Positions 1 to 7,400 of a DNA stretch of 25,521 bases are shown here, piece by piece. Source of the stretch: Campylobacterota bacterium (GTDB lineage Bacteria; Campylobacterota; Campylobacteria; Campylobacterales; Sulfurovaceae). Within the stretch, counting starts at the first letter, position 1, and each line of letters begins with the position of its first letter. The translations under genes and the position numbers were made by a program. The notes under the pieces are model-generated. The model saw only the letters and a list, made by a program, of their open reading frames with translations. It was not told where the DNA came from and ran no database searches. The stretch spans positions 1-25,521 of the forward strand of contig JAYEOM010000007.1 in the NCBI GenBank assembly GCA_034722955.1, given 5' to 3'.

Positions 1-111
1 AAAAAAATCAATGTTTTAGAATTGACTAATTCAAATGATAATTTGGAAGAAGTATTACAAAAAATATCTTCTGGTAATGCAATACTGTTTACTGGTGCAG
101 GATTTTCGAGA
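1..111 (+). pseudogene. Truncated N-terminus of a SIR2-domain (sirtuin-like, often defence-associated) protein; begins before the window edge
   Basis: Frame 1 reads KKINVLELTNSNDNLEEVLQKISSGNAILFTGAGFSR. The LFTGAGFS segment matches the SIR2 GAGxS NAD-binding loop. The sequence is interrupted at once by the inverted-repeat element at 112, with an in-frame stop at 196-198 inside the element. Confidence 0.7.
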
Positions 112-176
112 GCTACACCCCTGCCGTTCAATCTCCACTTTTATGATATAACTCCTAAAAGCAAAGTAGAAATATC

Positions 177-322
177 ATGTCAACAAGACCAAGAATAGAT
201 ATAGCAGGTTATACCCTCAAGGGGTACCTCGTCATCATATCATAAACTGTGGTGTAGATAGAATGAATATATTTCGACATAACAGAAGACAAAGATTCGC
301 TTCTTTAAATCGTTAACAAAGC
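177..322 (+). pseudogene. N-terminal fragment of a REP-associated tyrosine transposase (Y1_Tnp/RAYT-like)
   Basis: Removing the 20-bp insert at 213-232 gives MSTRPRIDIAGYHHIINCGVDRMNIFRHN. After a +1 shift it continues EDKDSLL*IVNK. This matches the RAYT N-terminal pattern R-PR-x4-G-x-YH-x2-NRG-x5-IF-x3-D. It carries two frameshifts and a stop, and the catalytic HUH and Tyr regions are absent. Confidence 0.7.
212..232. repeat. 20-bp mini-hairpin insertion (TACCCTCAAGGGGTA core) inside the transposase remnant
   Basis: TACCC-TCAAG-GGGTA stem-loop; excising it restores the GY-HHIIN reading frame. Confidence 0.6.
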
Positions 323-423
323 AAAAGTGGAGATTGAACGGCAAGGGTGTAGCAGCGGCTAGGTGTACGACGACAAAATGGCTGGGTGTACGGAAAGGAC
401 CGGCATATGCACTAAATGGCTTA

Positions 424-477
424 AATGCAGCTATCGCAAAATTTGCGACAGTTCAAATTGAGGGAAACAGAGAAGCG
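424..477 (+). pseudogene. Short internal fragment resembling a RhuM/virulence-protein family DNA-binding protein
   Basis: Reads NAAIAKFATVQIEGNREA, resembling the RhuM-family segment I-x-KF-x2-VQ-x-EG-x-R-x-V. Only 18 codons long. Confidence 0.45.
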
Positions 478-543
478 ACTGACCCGTATTTTTGATGCGA
501 AAATTATCATATTGGCAAAAGAAATGGCTTTGTTCTAAAAATT

Positions 544-569
544 TGGTATAATAAATTAAAAAGAAGGAG
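544..569 (+). promoter_or_regulatory. Extended -10 promoter and ribosome-binding site for the small ORF at 575
   Basis: TGGTATAAT at 544-552; AAGGAG at 564-569; GTG at 575. Confidence 0.6.
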
Positions 570-574
570 TTTTT

Positions 575-685
575 GTGCATATTCAGTTAGAGATAAATGA
601 AAAAAACGCGGATTTCTTTTTGCAATATTTGAACTCTCTTAAAGAGGGTATTATTGAAAAAATAATTGTTTATCACTGCGATTGA
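575..685 (+). pseudogene. Small 36-aa ORF, probably the N-terminus of a truncated antitoxin-like protein
   Basis: MHIQLEINEKNADFFLQYLNSLKEGIIEKIIVYHCD* with good promoter and SD. The beta-strand/helix pattern is like small type II antitoxin-type proteins. The last codons come from the antisense of the convergent fragment. Confidence 0.45.
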
Positions 686-770
686 TAGACTTCTACATAT
701 ATCTTTTATAGGTCTCTTTTTGATTGGATAGATACTGGATGAAGTTATGGTGCAATTGCTCTAGTTTCAT
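669..770 (-). pseudogene. N-terminal fragment of an AAA_14/DUF4143-type ATP-binding protein
   Basis: ATG at 770 with GAGG SD (784-781) and TGaTATAAC -10 (807-799). Reads MKLEQLHHNFIQYLSNQKETYKRYM*KSINRSDK, like the YKRYxYxxIxxxxR segment preceding Walker A in this family. Premature TAG at 695-693; Walker A is missing. Confidence 0.45.
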
Positions 771-937
771 ACTAATTTTACCTCACACTGTTTTCATTGT
801 TATATCATAAATTGGGGTGTATTCATATTTTATTTTATATTTTTATGAGTCTAGTCCATAGAAAATATTTTGGATTTTATATCAGGAATGATTTTCCATC
901 ATTTTTTCGTTGAAGTCTTCAACTCCGCCAGACGCAG

Positions 938-949
938 TAAGGCTACCCC
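938..949 (+). repeat. 12-bp direct repeat TAAGGCTACCCC, copy 1
   Basis: Identical to 1863-1874; the two copies bracket the methyltransferase gene. Confidence 0.75.
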
Positions 950-1037
950 TTTACTCCTGTTACTCATCTTGATGGAACTGTTCTTGTGAAGTTCCTAACA
1001 CAACTTTCGGTAAAATTAGAGGATGAAAGGAAGCAAA

Positions 1038-1853
1038 ATGAAAAATGACTATCTCGCCACAGGTTTTACCGATGTGGATAATGCTTCAAATAGTGTGCTC
1101 TTCTCCTCCTGTCTCTCGCTGATCGACTCGTTGCCCTATTTCAAGGCATACAAAGAGCAGAGCTACAAACTGCTGAAGCTTCGTCCGGGAAAGAGAGTTT
1201 TGGATGCTGGTTGTGGCTTGGGCTATGATGTATTTCGTATGGCAGAGCTGGTATCTCCGGATGGACTTGTCACAGGGGTTGATGCAAGTACTGTACTTAT
1301 CGAACAGGCACAGCAGAACGAGAGAGGCATCGGACTGCCGGTAGAGTTCAAAAAGGGAGACCTAAAGCATCTTCCATTCGATAGAAATACCTTCTCTTGC
1401 TGTAGAGTTGATCGTGTGCTTCAGCATATTCCAGAGCCCGAAAAAGCTATAGCCGAACTTGTACGCGTACTAGAGTCCGAAGGACTCCTGCTTGCCTATG
1501 ACAATGACTGGTGCACTTTTGCTGTCAACTCTGACAAGTATAAGACAAATGAAAAGCTGATAGACTTCTGGCGTAGTGCTATCACAAACAGCAGAATAGG
1601 AAAAGAGCTGCCTACTCTTATGGCAGAGGCTGGACTCGCAAATATACAAGTATATTCCAAAACCTACTCATTGACGGATTTGGATACAGCTGATGAGGTC
1701 TACGCCCTGAAAGAGACAATGAAAAAAGCTATAGAGAGTAAAGTAGTAACAGAAGATGAGGCAGAGAGCTGGCTTGACGACCTACAGGCAAAAGAGCTAA
1801 ATGGTACTTTTGCAGCTACTTTGACAGCCTATATCGTGCTTGGGCAGAAATAG
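1038..1853 (+). CDS. Class I SAM-dependent methyltransferase (UbiE/Methyltransf_11-like)
   Basis: Motif I VLDAGCGLG, VTGVDAS, GDLKHLPF, RVLQHIPEP. The ORF is open from 1023; ATG 1038 is preferred because AAGGA lies at 1027-1031. Confidence 0.9.
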   Translation: MKNDYLATGFTDVDNASNSVLFSSCLSLIDSLPYFKAYKEQSYKLLKLRPGKRVLDAGCGLGYDVFRMAELVSPDGLVTGVDASTVLIEQAQQNERGIGLPVEFKKGDLKHLPFDRNTFSCCRVDRVLQHIPEPEKAIAELVRVLESEGLLLAYDNDWCTFAVNSDKYKTNEKLIDFWRSAITNSRIGKELPTLMAEAGLANIQVYSKTYSLTDLDTADEVYALKETMKKAIESKVVTEDEAESWLDDLQAKELNGTFAATLTAYIVLGQK

Positions 1854-1862
1854 CAAATAGTA

Positions 1863-1874
1863 TAAGGCTACCCC
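1863..1874 (+). repeat. 12-bp direct repeat TAAGGCTACCCC, copy 2
   Basis: Identical to 938-949. Confidence 0.75.
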
Positions 1875-1891
1875 AAGGAGATAAACATCTA

Positions 1892-2341
1892 TCATTGCAT
1901 ATTTCGGGTTAAAAACCTATGCAGTTGATTTGAAAACTCATGAGCATCTTTGGTTCCGAATGGCTTGGGGCCTTTAGTCATCTCTCCACTCTCTCGTATC
2001 TCCTCCATTAGATTACGCATCGCTAGATACTGTTTGATATTATCTACACTATAGAGTTCACCACGATGATCGATAGCATGGGCATTTTGACTGATGATAC
2101 GATCTGCTAGAGGTATATCCGATGTGATGACAAGATCTCCCTCATCTACCATCTCGACTATACGATGATCCGCTTCATCAGCCCCCTGCTCTACTACTAT
2201 ATAAGTTATATACTCTGATTTACCTATAGATATACGCTTATTGGAGATGACAAAAGTAGGAATACTCAAGCGTTCTATAGAGCGAAATACGATAGGTTTT
2301 ATCAGATTGGGGAAGGCATCACCATCTATAAAAAGTCTCAT
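1892..2341 (-). CDS. yaiI: YaiI/YqxD family protein (UPF0178, PIN-like fold)
   Basis: IDGDAFP, GADEADHRI, GDLVITSDIPLA and GELYSVDNI motifs; ATGA overlap with the upstream stop codon. Confidence 0.9.
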   Translation of the reverse strand: MRLFIDGDAFPNLIKPIVFRSIERLSIPTFVISNKRISIGKSEYITYIVVEQGADEADHRIVEMVDEGDLVITSDIPLADRIISQNAHAIDHRGELYSVDNIKQYLAMRNLMEEIRESGEMTKGPKPFGTKDAHEFSNQLHRFLTRNMQ

Positions 2342-2961
2342 TTGGCCTCTCTCTCTTTGCGAAGCAGAAGCAGTACAATACTATGTTTGCTAAAATAGTG
2401 TCTCTCTACTTCGATCAACGGTGTACCCAAGAGCAGTGAGGGCAATCCACCATTTTCTATATAGGCTTTGAAGTTTTCATAGTGCTCACCACCGGCGATC
2501 CACTCTATCATATAGATCAATGCTTTCGATAGCTTAGAACTCCTCTTGCTCAGCTCATAATCAACGATCAGTATATCTCCGCCCTCAGCAGTGAGACGCA
2601 ACATCTCTTTGATGATTTTACGAGATATATCATCTCTCTTTTCATGCAGAGCAAAAGTCGTTGTTACGAGATCAAATGTCTGATCACCATACTCCACCTC
2701 TGTAGCATCCTGGAGAGTACAATCTGCACTACTCTTGCCATCTCTAGCTACCGAGAGCATAGCCTCTGATAGATCTATACCTTGCCCATAAAAACCATGC
2801 TCTTTGAGCATCTTGAGCTGCTCACCTGTCCCACAGCAGATATCAAGAATATCACGATATCTATATCGCTTTACTATATCTACGATCTTCTGCCGTATCC
2901 CCCTCAAAAATGGTGAGAGCAGCGGATCATAGATCTTTGCACTATATTGATACTCTTTGAT
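2338..2961 (-). CDS. Class I SAM-dependent methyltransferase (UbiE-like); probable ATC start at 2961 (ORF track starts at TTG 2907)
   Basis: ILDICCGTG, GIDLSEAML, FDLVTTTFALHE, ILIVDY. The frame stays open 18 codons upstream of 2907 (IKEYQYSAKIYDPLLSPF), with SD GGGGGAG 8 nt before ATC. Confidence 0.85.
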   Translation of the reverse strand: MKEYQYSAKIYDPLLSPFLRGIRQKIVDIVKRYRYRDILDICCGTGEQLKMLKEHGFYGQGIDLSEAMLSVARDGKSSADCTLQDATEVEYGDQTFDLVTTTFALHEKRDDISRKIIKEMLRLTAEGGDILIVDYELSKRSSKLSKALIYMIEWIAGGEHYENFKAYIENGGLPSLLLGTPLIEVERHYFSKHSIVLLLLRKEREAK

Positions 2962-2982
2962 AGACTAGACTCCCCCAGCTAC

Positions 2983-4446
2983 TTAGCTTTTCTCATATAG
3001 AGATCTATCTCTTGCATTGAGCATGGTTGGTCTATTTGAGAGATACTCATCTACTGCTATGGCACACTCTCGCCCCTCATAGATAGCCCAAACTACCAGT
3101 GATTGTCCTCTACGCATATCACCCGCACTAAAAACACCCTCGACTGAGGTGGCATAATTGTTTGTCGCTACATTGCTTCTGACATCTGTCTCTAGTGATA
3201 GCTCTTCGATGATACCACTCTGTTCAGGTCCTAGGAACCCCATAGCCAAAAAGACCATATCAGCCTTGAGTATAAAATCAGTTCCCTCTATCTCTGTGAA
3301 ACCTTTGGCACCCCACTCGATCTTGATACAGTTGATACCTTTGATATCTCCGTTTTCATCTTTGATAAATGATTTGGAGAGGATGTTGAAATCCATATCA
3401 CAACCCTCTGCTTGAGAAGTAGAGAGTTTGAATACTCTAGGGTATAGAGGCCATGGCATCTCAGCTGTACGCTCTAGCGGTGCTTTGGGCATCAACTCAA
3501 TCTGAGTAATCGAAGCTGCCTTTTGACGAACTGAATTTCCCACACAGTCACTACCTGTATCTCCACCGCCGATCACTACTACATGTTTATCTGTCGCCAA
3601 TATCTCTCTATCTTTAGGGATATGTTCACCCTCGATACGGCTATTGCATTGAGAGAGGAACTCCATAGCAAAATGGACACCATTGGCATCACGATTTTCT
3701 ATAGGTAGATCTCTAGGTAGAGATGCACCACCACACAGCACAACAGCATCATACTTATCTTGAAGTATTTTGAGTGGGATATCTACACCTATGTGTGCAT
3801 TGGTGATGAACTCTACCCCCTCTTTGATCATCAAGTCAACACGGCGTTGTACTACCTTTTTCTTATCTAGTTTAAAGTTAGGAATACCATAACGAACAAG
3901 ACCGCCGATACGCTTGTCTCGCTCATAGACACTCACACTATGTCCAGCTTTGTTGAGCTGATTTGCTACACTGAGTCCAGCAGGACCAGAACCGACAATA
4001 GCAACTTTTTTGCCACTTCTAGCTTGAGGTATTTGCGGCTTCATCCACCCTTTTTTGTAGGCTTTTTCGATGATAGAGTACTCTATGCCTTTGATGCTGA
4101 CAGCGTCATCATTCATCCCAAGCACACAAGCCGTTTCACATATTGCCGGACAGACTCTCCCTGTAAACTCAGGAAAATTATTGGTACTCATGAGTGAATG
4201 AAAAGCGTTTTCCCATTTTCCTCTATAGATCTGATCGTTGAACTGAGGTATGAGATTGCCTAGTGGACAACCATAACTACTATGACAAAAGGGGACACCG
4301 CAATCCATACATCTAGCACCCTGCTCCTCCATCTCTGCTCTACTTGGCGGAATAACAAACTCACTGTTGTGTTTGATACGCTCCTCCACTGGTGAGAGTG
4401 AAAAATTTTGGCGTTTATACTCTTTGAATCCTGTAACTTTTCCCAT
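2983..4446 (-). CDS. gltD: Glutamate synthase small (beta) subunit
   Basis: RCMDCGVPFCH and GRVCPAICETAC Fe-S motifs, GSGPAG and GGGDTG Rossmann motifs, AGDMRRGQSLVVWAI. Confidence 0.97.
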   Translation of the reverse strand: MGKVTGFKEYKRQNFSLSPVEERIKHNSEFVIPPSRAEMEEQGARCMDCGVPFCHSSYGCPLGNLIPQFNDQIYRGKWENAFHSLMSTNNFPEFTGRVCPAICETACVLGMNDDAVSIKGIEYSIIEKAYKKGWMKPQIPQARSGKKVAIVGSGPAGLSVANQLNKAGHSVSVYERDKRIGGLVRYGIPNFKLDKKKVVQRRVDLMIKEGVEFITNAHIGVDIPLKILQDKYDAVVLCGGASLPRDLPIENRDANGVHFAMEFLSQCNSRIEGEHIPKDREILATDKHVVVIGGGDTGSDCVGNSVRQKAASITQIELMPKAPLERTAEMPWPLYPRVFKLSTSQAEGCDMDFNILSKSFIKDENGDIKGINCIKIEWGAKGFTEIEGTDFILKADMVFLAMGFLGPEQSGIIEELSLETDVRSNVATNNYATSVEGVFSAGDMRRGQSLVVWAIYEGRECAIAVDEYLSNRPTMLNARDRSLYEKS

Positions 4447-4447
4447 A

Positions 4448-7400
4448 CTACACCTCCCTCATTTTTTGAGCTTGTTCTTTTAGAACTCGCTTATAATCAA
4501 CTGGCATCACTTTGATAAAAGCATCTTTTGAACTACTCCAATCATCTAAAATATCTACCGCTTCTTGTGAATTGGTATAGCTGATATACTTCTCTATCAT
4601 ACCTTTCAGCTCCGCCTCATCACTCGCATCTTCTACTCTATCAAGATCGACACTCTCTCTGTTGATCCGTTTTGAGAGTTGATTATCTTTATCATAGATA
4701 TATGCTATACCTCCACTCATACCTGCAGCGAAGTTTTTGCCTATCTCACCAAGTATAACAACCCGACCACCTGTCATATATTCACAGCCATGATCACCGA
4801 TGGCTCCTACTACGACCTCGGCTCCAGAGTTACGAACACAGAAACGCTCACCGGCAAGACCATAGATATAAGACTCACCGCTAGTAGCACCATAGAAAGA
4901 TACATTGCCTAGTATGACATTTTCATCTGCTTTATAGGTCGCATCTCTTGGTGGATAGAGTATCAGTTTGCCTCCACAAAGCCCCTTGCCAAAGTAGTCA
5001 TTGGCATCTCCCTCTATCTCAAAAGTGATACCGCTATTGACAAAGGCACCAAAACTTTGACCGCCACTGCCCATAGCTTTGAAGTAGATCGTATCATCCC
5101 TGAGTCCAGCTTCACCATATTTGCGAGTCATCTCGGCAGAGAGCATAGTTCCCACTGTTCTGTTGATATTTCTAAGTCTTATCTCTTTTTTGATCGCTGT
5201 GGCATCTTCTAGTGCAGGCTTCGCCAACTCTATAAGCTCATTATCCAGTGCTATAGCTAGATTGTGATCTTGGCTTGTTGTATTGTATGAAGTATCATCA
5301 GATCTCAAGTGAACACGGTGGAGCAGTTTGTCGAGTTGCAGATGCTTAGCTTTCCAGTGGTCTACACCCTCTCTGGCTTTTAGCTTGTCGGTACGACCTA
5401 CCATCTCATTGATCGTTCTGAACCCAAGCTCTGCCATCACCTCTCTGAGTTCTGTAGCGATAAACTTGATATAGTTTACTACATGTTCAGGTTTGCCTGT
5501 ATATTTAGCACGCAACTCTTTGTCTTGTGTAGCGATCCCTACAGGACATGTATTTAGGTGACACTTACGCATCATGATACAACCCTCTACAACTAGAGCA
5601 GCTGTTGCAACTCCCCACTCTTCAGCACCAAGAAGAGTCGCTATGGCGATATCTCTACCGGTACGCAACTGACCATCAGTCTGCACTACGATGCGTGAAC
5701 GGAGACCATTTTTCACCAAAGTTTGGTGAGTCTCAGCTAGTCCCAGCTCCCAAGGAAGCCCTGCATGCTTGATAGAGGTTTGAGGTGAAGCACCTGTACC
5801 GCCATCAAAACCAGAGATGAGAACTACATCAGAGTGTGCCTTTGCTACACCGGCAGCGATAGTTCCTACACCTACTTCAGATACAAGTTTGGTATTGATG
5901 CGAGCTCTGTTGTTGGCATTTTTGAGATCATGTATCAACTGCTTGAGATCTTCGATAGAGTAGATATCATGGTGTGGCGGAGGAGAGATCAAGCCAACTC
6001 CGGGAGTCGAGTGTCTTGTTCGTCCGATGATCTCATCTACTTTATGCCCGGGAAGCTGTCCGCCCTCTCCTGGTTTCGCACCCTGTGCTAGTTTGATCTG
6101 AATCTCTTCGGAGTTTATGAGGTAGTTTGCTGTTACACCAAAACGACCGGATGCCACCTGTTTGATCTTGGAGTTTTTGTCAGTACCAAATCGTGCAGCA
6201 TCCTCTCCACCCTCACCTGTATTACTCTTCGCACCTATCATGTTCATAGCTACTGCAAGTGTAGTATGTGCCTCTTCAGAGATAGAACCATAACTCATAG
6301 CACCTGTCGCAAAACGGGTGATGATAGAGTCTATAGATTCGACTTCATCTATATCTATGGGGTCAAGCTTTTTAAAGTCAAGAAGTGAACGAAGCGTCAC
6401 AAAGGACTCTTGTGGTTCATTGATCAACTTGGCATACTGCTTATATGTCTCATAATCACTGTTTTTTGTCGAAGTCTGCAATAGAAAGATAGTCTCAGGT
6501 GTAAAGAGATGGTTTTCACCTCTCGTACGATATGCATACTCACCACCTACAGGTAGATCATTTGACTCTACTAACTCTTTGGGATAAGCTACACTATGAC
6601 AGATGAGCGTCTCCTCTTCGAGTGTATCTATATCTATACCCTCTAGTCGTGTAGGTGTACCCTTGAAGTAGCTATCTACTAGATTTTGTGAAAGTCCAAC
6701 TGCTTCAAATATCTGAGCACCTGTATAGGAGCGGATCGTAGAGATACCCATCTTGGACATGATCTTGAAGATCCCTTTTCCTATAGCTGTGATGTAGTTC
6801 TCTACAGCCTTCTCCTGTGTGATCGACTCATCGATCATCTTTCGCTTTCGCATATCTTCGATAGTCTCAAATGCCAAATATGGGTTGATAGCATTGGCTC
6901 CATAGCCAAGTAGTGTAGCAAAGTGGTGAATCTCTCTCGCCTCACCTGTCTCTATCACTAAACCACAATTTGTTCTGATGCCCTCAGATATCAAGTGATG
7001 GTGAACTGCACTGACTGCCAAGAGTGAAGGGATAGCCGCTCTTTTTTTGCTAGTACCTCTAGTAGAGAGGATGATCACTTCAGCACCGTCTCTGACTGCG
7101 TCACTTGCTTCTCTCACGACAGAGTCAAGAGCGTGCTTCATATCTCCCTCTCTATTTGGATCAAAAAAGATACTGATAGTTTTTGAGCTGAAGTTGAACT
7201 CATTGATACCACTCAATTTTTCAAACTGCTCATTGGTCAATATAGGTGATTTGAGTTTGATAAATTTCCTATCTTCATCCACCTCTTGGAAGAGGTTCCC
7301 CTGTGGTCCGATATAAGAGGTGAGTGACATAACAGACTCTTCTCGTATAGGGTCGATAGGAGGATTTGTAACTTGGGCAAAGAGTTGGTGAAAGTAGTTG

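Larger units (their letters stand above)
112..353. mobile_element. Miniature, internally deleted element with 31-bp terminal inverted repeats carrying a RAYT/Y1 (HUH) transposase remnant
   Basis: 112-142 GCTACACCCCTGCCGTTCAATCTCCACTTTT is the reverse complement of 323-353 AAAAGTGGAGATTGAACGGCAAGGGTGTAGC with one mismatch (30/31). The interior has a -10-like TGaTATAAC (144-152) and a transposase-like start at 177. Confidence 0.8.

Noticed and set aside
356..415. Peptide RLGVRRQNGWVYGKDRHMH resembling a RyR-domain GWxYG motif
   Set aside because: Five-residue match in a short stop-bounded frame; likely chance.
434..448. Palindrome TCGCAAA-A-TTTGCGA as an operator
   Set aside because: It is explained by the IAKFAT codons of the RhuM-like fragment.
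479..538. LTRIFDAKIIILAKEMALF as a PIN-toxin fragment
   Set aside because: Too short and lacking other acidic catalytic motifs; unsupported without a search.
851..900. Minus-strand WKIIPDIKSKIFSMD* as a DUF86/HepT C-terminus
   Set aside because: Only vague similarity, and the RxxxxH motif is not present.
991..1022. CCTAAC...TTAGAGG as an integron attC/cassette boundary
   Set aside because: No proper RYYYAAC/GTTRRRY pair, too short, no paired L boxes and no integrase.
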